The position numbers and the translations under genes were made by a program. From the IMG/VR virus record IMGVR_UViG_3300035338_000028, positions 1 through 26,862 of that record: 26,862 bases of DNA. One strand, 5' to 3'. This stretch comes from a virus. Taxonomy: Duplodnaviria; Caudoviricetes. The notes below the pieces were generated by a model that saw only the letters and a program-made list of their open reading frames with translations, made no database searches and was not told the DNA's origin. How positions within the stretch are numbered: the stretch's first letter is position 1; every line of letters starts with the position of its first letter. This document shows, one piece after another, positions 16,678 through 24,421 of this stretch.

Positions 16678-17670
16678 CTAGTATTTGATTCCTACATAGT
16701 CCAACACTGGTTTCATTCCCAACCCACCTTCATTCCAAGATTTTAAACAATAACGATAAACAGGCGGATGGGTTATTTTCATTCTTTGAAAGCGGTTAGG
16801 TTCTTGCTCCAAGTGGGCACCAAACATACAGAACATGCATCCTGTACGACTAACTCCTGTTGTACGATACTTTGGCGGAACATATCCATCCAACCACATT
16901 TGTCCATCCATTTCACAATCGGGAATCACTTCCCCATATACAGATGAAATTTGGATATCATTTTTCACTATGTATTCAAGCACATCATTCTCAACCCATA
17001 ATGACATTGGGTTACTGATAGGAAATTTTGAATCATACAAATTACAGCCGCCATTAATCCACTTTTGCGTTCTTAACTTACTTTCATCTGCCATTTGCCC
17101 TGTGATTGGCACCTTACCAGTTTTTCTATAAAATTTATGTAGCGGCCTTTTCTTCATAACATCACAACACAGATTACTTACACCAAACGGTGCATCCAAT
17201 AAAAAGTACCACTTGCTTTGATTGTATTGTGATTTCTTGCCCTCAAATTCCAGTTCACCACAAAGTTTTTTCACATAAACATTTTCAGGATCATTTGTTC
17301 TGCGTGCATAGTAAACACACTTTGATACTTCTTTGCTGATCACAGGGTAACCGTACTTTTCAATGACCTGCCTAAAACTCATATCAGGCCTTAAAATTGT
17401 TACATTATCGAAAGCTTTTACAAACTCTTTTATTTCCGGATATTCTAGTCCGGTATTTACGAAAACCGCTTCAATATCCGGATACATTTCTCTGACTATA
17501 TGTAATAAGACTGTGCTGTCTTTTCCACCTGAAAATGAAATATATACACCGTTTGGTCCATAACCGTCTACCCATTCTCTAATTCTCTGGCGTGTCATTC
17601 CCAGTTTTAAATGCATTGGGAGGGATTGCATTTGTTTTAATTCTTGCATCGTTCTTTTGGCTTCATCCAA
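16678..17670 (-). CDS. PAPS reductase family protein
   Basis: PP-loop SFSGGKDS, NTGLEYPE, CC..MKK and RTGCMFC motifs. Confidence 0.9.
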   Translation of the reverse strand: MDEAKRTMQELKQMQSLPMHLKLGMTRQRIREWVDGYGPNGVYISFSGGKDSTVLLHIVREMYPDIEAVFVNTGLEYPEIKEFVKAFDNVTILRPDMSFRQVIEKYGYPVISKEVSKCVYYARRTNDPENVYVKKLCGELEFEGKKSQYNQSKWYFLLDAPFGVSNLCCDVMKKRPLHKFYRKTGKVPITGQMADESKLRTQKWINGGCNLYDSKFPISNPMSLWVENDVLEYIVKNDIQISSVYGEVIPDCEMDGQMWLDGYVPPKYRTTGVSRTGCMFCMFGAHLEQEPNRFQRMKITHPPVYRYCLKSWNEGGLGMKPVLDYVGIKY

Positions 17671-17721
17671 ACTAATCCCTCTTTTCCTTGGACTTGAAAC
17701 TAAGTTATATGCTAATTCCGT

Positions 17722-17883
17722 TTACTCCCTCCCAATAAAATCACAATCCATCAAACACCAAACCTTATTGGCACCTCCGTTTTCCTTGCACCTTTCACAA
17801 TTCATGCAAGTACCATCTTCGCTACTGAAACACCTCCGACACAAGCATTTCTCACAATTCGGTTTTCTCTTTTCCCGTTCCAT
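17722..17883 (-). CDS. 53-aa Cys-rich protein (not in ORF track)
   Basis: MEREKRKPNCEKCLCRRCFSSEDGTCMNCERCKENGGANKVWCLMDCDFIGRE; fills the gap after rep. Confidence 0.7.
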   Translation of the reverse strand: MEREKRKPNCEKCLCRRCFSSEDGTCMNCERCKENGGANKVWCLMDCDFIGRE

Positions 17884-17895
17884 AATCATCACCGC

Positions 17896-18579
17896 CTAAT
17901 CTAATGCTTTTAAATATCTTATAGGGCCAATTTCCTCTGAAAAGTATTCACTGCTTTCCACAACCAGATACCCCTTGGGAGGTTTGGGCTTCTTTTTCGG
18001 GTTAGCTGAATTTATTTTTTTTACAACAACTTTTGGTTGTACCAAGTTTCTACTTGTGGTCCATCTTTTTTCATACTCTTTTATATTTTCCTTGGTTATG
18101 TATCTGGCCAGACCTGTATAATCTCCGCCTGGCTCTAATTGGGAAATCATAACTCTTCCGTTTCCCCACAGCTCCGTTAATTCCTTAAGGGTAATATCCA
18201 TGGCATTTACCAAAAGATGATGATGCTCACGACCACTTTCCGATTCTGTCACAACGATGTATTTCACAGACGAAAGACCTTTTTTCTTTCTCCACCGTCT
18301 CAAGCGGCTCAAAAAGTTCCGCAGCTCCCTTTTGATTTCTTCTCTGGATAATCGTTTACGATATGTAAGAGTAATAAACAAATCCCCCAGCCTGAAATTC
18401 GCATTTATCAATCTGGATAATTTCCTTCTAGCTAATTTCAAATTTCGTTCTTTCTGTTCTTCCGAAGTCAGTAGTTCATTTTGTCCTCTGTTATATTTTT
18501 TTCCAATGGCTCTTGGGGAGTAATACTCCTCACACTCATATACGTCTCCTGCCCATATATGTTTTCTATATCTTGGCAT
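17896..18579 (-). CDS. HUH-family rolling-circle replication initiator
   Basis: Motif I FITLTY, motif II HHHLLVN, motif III LARYITKE. ATG 18579 follows AAGGGG. Confidence 0.8.
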   Translation of the reverse strand: MPRYRKHIWAGDVYECEEYYSPRAIGKKYNRGQNELLTSEEQKERNLKLARRKLSRLINANFRLGDLFITLTYRKRLSREEIKRELRNFLSRLRRWRKKKGLSSVKYIVVTESESGREHHHLLVNAMDITLKELTELWGNGRVMISQLEPGGDYTGLARYITKENIKEYEKRWTTSRNLVQPKVVVKKINSANPKKKPKPPKGYLVVESSEYFSEEIGPIRYLKALD

Positions 18580-18710
18580 TGCTTTACCCCTTTCTATAAA
18601 TAACCATAGCCCTAATGTTAATCTTATTATCGAGGAGTTAAAAGGCAACTCTGCCCCTAAAGTCCTAGGTTTTAGAAACAGGCTTTTTCATGGAAAGCAA
18701 CCCAAAACAC

Positions 18711-18812
18711 TTGTGAAACAAAGTACTATGTTGTATAATATAAGTACTATATCTTGGGTTTTATCAAAAGCCCCGCCCCTCTTCCTACGCCTATAGGAGA
18801 GGGGCATTTTCT
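18711..18812 (+). ncRNA. Counter-transcribed small RNA unit upstream of rep
   Basis: TTGTGA-17-TATAAT (18711-18739), then terminator GCCCCTCT...AGAGGGGC-ATTTTCTTT. Confidence 0.6.
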
Positions 18813-18839
18813 TTATTCAATTTACCTATTTGTCCCGCT

Positions 18840-19397
18840 TCATTTTTCTGCAGCGTCACGCCTTGCCTCAGCTCTGCATCGGTCGGCTAATGTATCTAAG
18901 GCTTCATAAAGGTCAGTTCCCCCTTGCCTATACTCCATAATTACAGCAGACAGCACCATCCCATCTTTCACTGCAATGGCTCTTGCACCGCCACTTTTTC
19001 TAATAAAATATCGTATGTAACCAACTTCCTTTTTCACGGTCGGCGCCATTAGTTCTGTATCAATCCAAATAACACCATCAAATGTGTATATTGGCGTGAG
19101 CAAACTTCCCCCATAAATGACGGTAATCCCTGCATCCTCTGCGGTTACCTCCACCTCATCAGGTAAATCATTTTTCAGTATCCGTGAAGATTCCTCTTCA
19201 CACCTTGCAAGCCACTTTTGCCTTTTATCATCCGATATCCCCATTACTGTTAAAACGGTATCCTCATCCAATACAGGCATGTTTTCCAACCGATAGACAG
19301 CGCTGCCGATACTCAACCATTGTTGACCATCATCATCCTTCATCAATACCGCCGTCTTATTTCTTTTTGCCAGTGATGTAATTTTAGAAAACTTCAT
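18840..19397 (-). CDS. Hypothetical phage protein upstream of rep
   Basis: 185-aa ORF with GAGGTG RBS. Confidence 0.8.
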   Translation of the reverse strand: MKFSKITSLAKRNKTAVLMKDDDGQQWLSIGSAVYRLENMPVLDEDTVLTVMGISDDKRQKWLARCEEESSRILKNDLPDEVEVTAEDAGITVIYGGSLLTPIYTFDGVIWIDTELMAPTVKKEVGYIRYFIRKSGGARAIAVKDGMVLSAVIMEYRQGGTDLYEALDTLADRCRAEARRDAAEK

Positions 19398-19440
19398 ATT
19401 TTCACCTCACAAACCCATCTCGCTATTTTATTTAAAATCT

Positions 19441-19480
19441 TGCCCCACCCTTGACACTGCAAGAGAGGGGCACATTTTTT
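19441..19480. terminator. Intergenic hairpin, terminator-like
   Basis: TGCCCC..CTTG-ACACTG-CAAG..GGGGCA followed by a T run on the plus strand. Confidence 0.5.
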
Positions 19481-19482
19481 AC

Positions 19483-19611
19483 CTATTCTTTTTGTTCTTC
19501 CATAACACAAACATTCTGTGTTTCTTCCTTATTATAAACACCATTACAATCACAGGTTTCCCCATGGTCTAAGGAAGCTCCACAAACGGGGCAGACATTA
19601 AATTTACTCAT
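19483..19611 (-). CDS. 42-aa zinc-finger-like phage protein (not in ORF track)
   Basis: MSKFNVCPVCGASLDHGETCDC...; RBS AGGAGG. Confidence 0.75.
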   Translation of the reverse strand: MSKFNVCPVCGASLDHGETCDCNGVYNKEETQNVCVMEEQKE

Positions 19612-19644
19612 ATAAACCTCCTATGTATTCAATATTGAAATCTC

Positions 19645-19713
19645 TTGTTTGAAAATTGAATTTATGCTATAATCAATTTGAGTGTGGTGCTGGGTTTCCC
19701 AGTGCCTTTTTTA
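19645..19713 (+). ncRNA. Tiny counter-transcribed promoter-terminator unit
   Basis: TTGTTT-17-TATAAT with extended TG, then GGTGCTGGG-TTT-CCCAGTGCC-T run. Confidence 0.5.
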
Positions 19714-19729
19714 TTGCATAAATTCCTCA

Positions 19730-20011
19730 TTATCTCCTCCATGGCTTGTCCAGCCAAAGCCCAACCAAAACAATAACCAGTACAATGGCACAACACTCAA
19801 AAACTAAGAGAGCTTTCTCCGGTGCCGATTTTGAAAGGGACTCAAAAAATGTTGCTGAGATTACTGCTATAATTAATATAAATATACTTTTGAGCAGTTC
19901 CGAAAGAATGCACTTACTACGCCTACGCTTTTGTAATTTCTTTATTCGCTTTTGCTTACGTTGTCTTAAATCAAATATCCTCTCTACTTCTAATACCTCC
20001 CTTGGTCCCAT
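19730..20011 (-). CDS. Hypothetical basic 2-TM membrane protein
   Basis: ATG 20011 follows AAGGAGG; two hydrophobic helices. Confidence 0.7.
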   Translation of the reverse strand: MGPREVLEVERIFDLRQRKQKRIKKLQKRRRSKCILSELLKSIFILIIAVISATFFESLSKSAPEKALLVFECCAIVLVIVLVGLWLDKPWRR

Positions 20012-20036
20012 TGCCTTTCCTCCTTTCTTAGGATAC

Positions 20037-20330
20037 TCATACCTTACAGATTTCAACCCGCTCCCCCTGCTCTCGTCTCCGCAGAAGGTTATACCGAAAG
20101 AACGTTTTATGGGTGGGGAGTTGAACCACAAAGCCATGATTCAATAATTGCACCACGGTACCTTCCCGCATTTTATATTTCCCTTTGTTCTGCACGTCTT
20201 GACTGACTTTGTACTGTCTTACTCGGGCACCAATCTTTAATCCATAAGCCTCAGCCTTGGCACGAGTCATATTGTCAAAAACCGAAGCTTTAGGCGGTTG
20301 GCTTACTTCTGATCTTGCCATAGTCCCCAC
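20037..20330 (-). CDS. Hypothetical phage protein
   Basis: AAGGAGG RBS; operon context. Confidence 0.7.
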   Translation of the reverse strand: MGTMARSEVSQPPKASVFDNMTRAKAEAYGLKIGARVRQYKVSQDVQNKGKYKMREGTVVQLLNHGFVVQLPTHKTFFRYNLLRRREQGERVEICKV

Positions 20331-20334
20331 CTCC

Positions 20335-20550
20335 TTATAGCTCCATACAATTTAATATTTCTCTGAGAGCTTTTGCCTCATCTGTAGTTAAGACAATACC
20401 TTTACCGCATTTTGTATGGGTATCATTCCACCCACGAATGTCTATCTTCTCTTTTCTGCCGTTCCAGCTAATTAGATTAACCTCTTTTTGAAAATCCCCC
20501 TCTGAAATAACTCCAAATGTTTTTGAAATTTCAAACTCTTTTGCTGGCAT
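20335..20550 (-). CDS. PC4/YdbC family ssDNA-binding protein
   Basis: KEVNLISWNG...KIDIRGW...GKGIVLT motif. Confidence 0.9.
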   Translation of the reverse strand: MPAKEFEISKTFGVISEGDFQKEVNLISWNGRKEKIDIRGWNDTHTKCGKGIVLTTDEAKALREILNCMEL

Positions 20551-20563
20551 ATGTATCTCCTCC

Positions 20564-20851
20564 TTATTGTTTTTCTTTTTCGGACTTCATGATTTTTTCT
20601 ATCTCTTCTATTTTCTTTAGTAAAACAGGCTTCATTTTGCCGCAATCCTCAAAAACCACTCTATCCTTTAGGCGGCTAGCCATAATAAGCAAATCATCCA
20701 CAGCGTCATACCGCTTCAGTATGATGGAATCGTTATCTGTAAAAATTTCTAAAGTGTCCCCAATACGAATACCCAAATTTCTTCTAAGCTCAATGGGCAG
20801 AACAATCCTCCCAAGCTCGTCCACTTTTCTTGTAATTCCTGTAGCTTTCAT
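20564..20851 (-). CDS. AbrB-family DNA-binding protein
   Basis: MKATGITRKVDELGRIVLPIELRR is the AbrB N-terminal signature. Confidence 0.9.
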   Translation of the reverse strand: MKATGITRKVDELGRIVLPIELRRNLGIRIGDTLEIFTDNDSIILKRYDAVDDLLIMASRLKDRVVFEDCGKMKPVLLKKIEEIEKIMKSEKEKQ

Positions 20852-20889
20852 AATTTCATCCTTTCTATATGTCATAAGAAATCAACTTT

Positions 20890-21114
20890 TTACAACATCG
20901 CCTCTGCCAGTGCGTGTGGGTCAAGCTTTAACTTATCCTTAAACACCCTCAAATTATTAACTGTAAATTCCTCAGGGTAATGATTCATACGGCGGTTATA
21001 TGTTGAAACTGAAACATGTAAATAAACCGCCATCTCATCACGACTAATTCCATTTTCAAACATAGCCGCCTTTATTAACGCTGGTAGTCGTTTATCTACC
21101 TTTTGCTTTTTCAA
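20890..21114 (-). CDS. Small HTH DNA-binding protein
   Basis: SRDEMAVYLHVSVSTYNRR HTH; TTG start after AGGAGGTG. Confidence 0.75.
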   Translation of the reverse strand: MKKQKVDKRLPALIKAAMFENGISRDEMAVYLHVSVSTYNRRMNHYPEEFTVNNLRVFKDKLKLDPHALAEAML

Positions 21115-21126
21115 AGCTCACACCTC

Positions 21127-21291
21127 CTACTCTCTGATTAGCTCAAGCAAGAGAGTTGCTCTTTCATTCGACTCACACCATTCCCTTTCGTAACCCTTCT
21201 TTGGGCTACTCATAAGATAATTTGAACTATATGCAAATACATTGTTCATTTCCATGTCGTAATACTTTTGAAGCAATTCTTTTTTATCCAT
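21127..21291 (-). CDS. 54-aa hypothetical protein (not in ORF track)
   Basis: MDKKELLQKYYDMEMNNVFAYSSNYLMSSPKKGYEREWCESNERATLLLELIRE; RBS AAGGGTG. Confidence 0.7.
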   Translation of the reverse strand: MDKKELLQKYYDMEMNNVFAYSSNYLMSSPKKGYEREWCESNERATLLLELIRE

Positions 21292-21386
21292 TAAATCACC
21301 CTTTCCATATGGAATATTTTGTAATATTGTGTTATCCTTTCTTTACTGGTATACCAGAACAAATAATTATGAAAGGAGGCACATAC

Positions 21387-21608
21387 GTGATTCTTATAAA
21401 ATGTAAGTGTGGCTGTCATTTTAGTTTTAAACCTGAAACATATCAAAGTTGCCAATCAGTTCGTTTAAAATGTCAAAACTGCGATAATGACTTCTATTTT
21501 TCGTATAGAAGTGAGCTAGGCGAACTATTGAATGAACTGACACAAAAAGGTTTTCAAGTATTCAAAGTTGCGGATGACGCAGAAATTAGTTTTCATGGGA
21601 AATTATAA
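21387..21608 (+). CDS. Counter-oriented 73-aa zinc-ribbon protein
   Basis: GTG start after AAGGAGG; CKCGC...CQNC. Confidence 0.7.
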   Translation: MILIKCKCGCHFSFKPETYQSCQSVRLKCQNCDNDFYFSYRSELGELLNELTQKGFQVFKVADDAEISFHGKL

Positions 21609-21789
21609 TTTCATCCTCAGGGATAGTTCCTTGTTCTCCAACCTCAAGAACTATCCCTGATTTAAAAATTTTCCTGTCTAGCTCCCTGACCAACTCTTTT
21701 AATATCTGTGAATTTCTTTCTATTTCTTCTAAATCATGCTTGATATCCTCTAATCCAGAAACAGATACCCTAACACTAACGTTTTGCAT
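21586..21789 (-). CDS. Hypothetical coiled-coil protein
   Basis: RBS AAGGGGG; 67 aa. Confidence 0.6.
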   Translation of the reverse strand: MQNVSVRVSVSGLEDIKHDLEEIERNSQILKELVRELDRKIFKSGIVLEVGEQGTIPEDEIIISHEN

Positions 21790-21919
21790 CCTTTATATCC
21801 CCCTTATTTTTTCAATATTCTAATTCACTAATCTGGAAGACCAAAACAATATCTCACTCCTTAATTAGCACTTCCTTTTTTCTCCAAATTATGGTATATT
21901 TTTTAAAGGAGGCGATAGT

Positions 21920-22417
21920 ATGAGAGATCGTTTTTGGAGTATGTTCTCAGATACGCAATTTAATTATTTTTACTACTGGCAATACAGAGATTTATCTCAA
22001 AAAATAGATTTTTCTCTTCGTGTACTTTCAACATTTACAACTGGTGCAGGCGTTGCATGTCTAATATTAGAAAAAAATGCACCTATTATTTGGACAATTA
22101 TTATTGCTATTTCGCAGACTTATCAAACACTCCAACATCTCCTACCTTTTCAGGAAAGAACTATAAAGATAAACTACTTTCTTCCTCCGTTCCAAAAGCT
22201 ACTTAATGAAATCAGGAGAAAATGGGAGTATATCGATTCTTTTAACGATGAAGAAATAGCAGAACTAATCTTTAAATTTAGAGATGAGTATATTTCATTA
22301 GAACAAGAATTTATTGGTTCTTACCCTTTCCCTCATAGAAAATGCTGTAAGAAAAAAGCTGAAAATTCACTAAAAGACTATTTCGACTACCACTACAACT
22401 TTCAAGGAGGTGATTAA
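21920..22417 (+). CDS. 2-TM membrane protein with SLATT-like architecture (moron)
   Basis: N-terminal helix, two short TM segments and a helical C-terminus. RBS AAGGAGG; extended -10 TG-G-TATATT upstream. Confidence 0.7.
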   Translation: MRDRFWSMFSDTQFNYFYYWQYRDLSQKIDFSLRVLSTFTTGAGVACLILEKNAPIIWTIIIAISQTYQTLQHLLPFQERTIKINYFLPPFQKLLNEIRRKWEYIDSFNDEEIAELIFKFRDEYISLEQEFIGSYPFPHRKCCKKKAENSLKDYFDYHYNFQGGD

Positions 22418-22418
22418 T

Positions 22419-22544
22419 GTGTCCGAAGCAGAAAACAAAACTGGTAAGCTTCAAGCTCCTACCACGGTATTTAAGGGAGAAAATACACCAACCCCTACTT
22501 ATCGTCCACCAACACCACCACCCAAAACATCTAAAAAAGACTGA
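22419..22544 (+). CDS. 41-aa proline-rich micropeptide (not in ORF track)
   Basis: GTG after AAGGAGGTG; MSEAENKTGKLQAPTTVFKGENTPTPTYRPPTPPPKTSKKD. Confidence 0.65.
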   Translation: MSEAENKTGKLQAPTTVFKGENTPTPTYRPPTPPPKTSKKD

Positions 22545-22716
22545 GAACGATTATTCTCTCTTTTTTCTTTTTTGACGGATAGTGTATCCAATTAAAATTC
22601 CGCTCCAACTCATCACTTTGCGTTTTTTGCTGTTGATTAAACGAAACAAACAATATTGCTATCTGAATACCAGTTACTATAAGAATAAATAAAGCTACAC
22701 ATTCCTTTTGTCTCAA
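22531..22716 (-). CDS. Possible small membrane protein
   Basis: TTG start after AGGAG; one hydrophobic segment. Confidence 0.4.
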   Translation of the reverse strand: MRQKECVALFILIVTGIQIAILFVSFNQQQKTQSDELERNFNWIHYPSKKKKERIIVLSLF

Positions 22717-22768
22717 TTTTATCTTCTCCTGACTAGCATATTTTTTCAGCCTACATTCTGCACATTAC

Positions 22769-22924
22769 TTATTTCTTAGCGGTTTTAATTTCATTTTCAA
22801 CTGGTTGCGGTAGAAGTGTCGCAACTTTTTTTTCTAGTTCCGTAACTCTCTGCGCTAATTGTTCATGCCTGTAATCTGTAAATCTCTGCCACCCTGCTAA
22901 TCTTTTAGCACTTCCTAAAAACAT
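22769..22924 (-). CDS. 51-aa hypothetical protein (not in ORF track)
   Basis: MFLGSAKRLAGWQRF...LAQRVTELEKKV...; strong RBS AAGGAGGAG. Confidence 0.65.
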   Translation of the reverse strand: MFLGSAKRLAGWQRFTDYRHEQLAQRVTELEKKVATLLPQPVENEIKTAKK

Positions 22925-22963
22925 ATCGTCTCCTCCTTATCTTATCCTGTTTTCTTATATGTC

Positions 22964-23042
22964 TCATTCTTCTACAAAATATGTAAAAGACACACCGAAG
23001 TAATCGGCTATTTTTCAAATTATCCATCACACCAGATTCCAT
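22964..23042 (-). pseudogene. Remnant of a second XRE/Cro-like gene
   Basis: MESGVMDNLK, then a frame change in an A5 run to KIADYFGVSFTYFVEE, the typical XRE HTH C-terminal motif. Confidence 0.55.
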
Positions 23043-23043
23043 T

Positions 23044-23226
23044 TCACTTCCCAATTAACTCATCTATACTTAATCCTGTAATTTTAGACACAGCCATCAG
23101 GCTGTCAACTCTTGGAGTTGACTTTTCCCAACCACTAATAGTACCGTTACCTAAACCACACATTTTTTCAAGTACTGATACCGGAATATTATTTGCTTTA
23201 CACCATTCCTTGATTTTTTCTAACAA
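23044..23226 (-). CDS. Cro-like XRE regulator
   Basis: 60-aa HTH, divergent from the repressor; TTG start after AAGGAGGTG. Confidence 0.85.
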   Translation of the reverse strand: MLEKIKEWCKANNIPVSVLEKMCGLGNGTISGWEKSTPRVDSLMAVSKITGLSIDELIGK

Positions 23227-23240
23227 AAAAACACCTCCTT

Positions 23241-23415
23241 TTTAGATAAAAAACTAAAAATATATTGACAATTATTAGAGAATAATCTAAAATAAAACCA
23301 CCACAGACTATTTGAGACTATCCTCGAATTTTAATTAGGTAATCGCCTAATTTCTTAATCCGATTATATAGGGTATTCTCTATTTTGTTAACTACATTTT
23401 TAGGTTTTTACCTAT
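23241..23415. promoter_or_regulatory. Genetic switch: five WTAG-N8-CTAW operators and two face-to-face promoters
   Basis: Operators at 23241, 23275, 23335, 23368 and 23400 (16 bp each). Plus promoter TTGACA-17-TAAAAT at 23265-23293; minus promoter TTAACA-17-TATAAT at 23363-23391. Confidence 0.75.
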
Positions 23416-23433
23416 TTTTTTGGAGGTTGCTCT

Positions 23434-23865
23434 ATGAATAGCGTTGAACGTGTTAAAGCGATATGTAAAGAGAGGAAAATACCAATATCCAAACTCGAAA
23501 AAGATTTAGGATTTGCAAACGGATACATTGGCCAACTTAAAAAAGGATCTTTTCCAGATGACAGACTATTAGCAATCGCAAGCCACCTTGGAGTGACAGT
23601 GGATTATTTGATAAACGGTGAAGAATCTAATCAGGCAGAAAAATTTGCTTTAACTGACCGAGACAAAAAAGACATTGCTAAAGATATGGAAGCTATCAGA
23701 AAAAAATTAACTAGCAAAGATGACGGACCCGCTAGCTTTGACGGTGAAGATATTGAAGAGGCCGAAGTGGAATTAGTTCTTGATAGCATTGAAATGATGC
23801 TAAAAAGATTGAAAAGAATAAACAAGGAAAAATACAACCCTAATAAGAACAAAGATAAGAAGTAG
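23434..23865 (+). CDS. CI/ImmR-like XRE repressor
   Basis: N-terminal XRE HTH (IASHLGVTVDYLI); no S24 autoprotease domain; C-terminal KEKYNPNKNK. Confidence 0.9.
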   Translation: MNSVERVKAICKERKIPISKLEKDLGFANGYIGQLKKGSFPDDRLLAIASHLGVTVDYLINGEESNQAEKFALTDRDKKDIAKDMEAIRKKLTSKDDGPASFDGEDIEEAEVELVLDSIEMMLKRLKRINKEKYNPNKNKDKK

Positions 23866-23873
23866 GTGGATTA

Positions 23874-24302
23874 TTGAAGAGTATCAAACAAATTGCTGGC
23901 TACTACAAAAGAAAATTTGGAACTTCTAACCCATTTGAAATTGCTGAATTTTTAAACATTGAAGTGATATTTGATAACTTTGATAAATGCTCTGGCTGCT
24001 ACCTATTTATGAAAAATCACAGATGCATTTTTATAAACAAAAATCTTGAATACAGGGATAGGATGCTAGTGATGGCGCATGAGCTAGGCCATGCCATTCT
24101 TCACAGAAAAATGAATTGCTATTTTATTAGGAATAAAACATTTCTCCTTACATCAAAAATTGAAAGAGAAGCAAACCGCTTTGCTGTTGACTTATTAATT
24201 GATGATAAAGAATTAGATGAGTATAAAGATAAGACAGTTGGACAATTATCTGAAATTTTTGGACTTGAATCAGCATTAATTGAATTAAGATTAAAAGAAT
24301 AA
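23874..24302 (+). CDS. ImmA/IrrE family metallopeptidase (anti-repressor)
   Basis: AHELGHAILH HExxH motif and EREANRFA. Confidence 0.92.
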   Translation: MKSIKQIAGYYKRKFGTSNPFEIAEFLNIEVIFDNFDKCSGCYLFMKNHRCIFINKNLEYRDRMLVMAHELGHAILHRKMNCYFIRNKTFLLTSKIEREANRFAVDLLIDDKELDEYKDKTVGQLSEIFGLESALIELRLKE

Positions 24303-24403
24303 AAAATCCCTTACAGTACTACCAATACTGTAAAGGAAAAATCAGATTTGCGGGAAGCGCAAGCCCTTAATACTATTATAGACAATATGTAATATATTGT
24401 CAA
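24299..24403 (-). ncRNA. Antisense sRNA cassette 1
   Basis: Perfect TTGACA-17-TATAAT (24375-24403); 31-nt hairpin 24307-24337 followed by a U run. Confidence 0.7.
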
Positions 24404-24421
24404 ATTAAGGGGGAATTTAAA

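Noticed and set aside
17670-17724. Cys-rich ORF in frame with the PAPS reductase across one TAA (possible fusion or readthrough)
   Set aside because: The reductase has its own RBS and TTG start, there is no recoding signal, and in-frame placement has a 1-in-3 chance.
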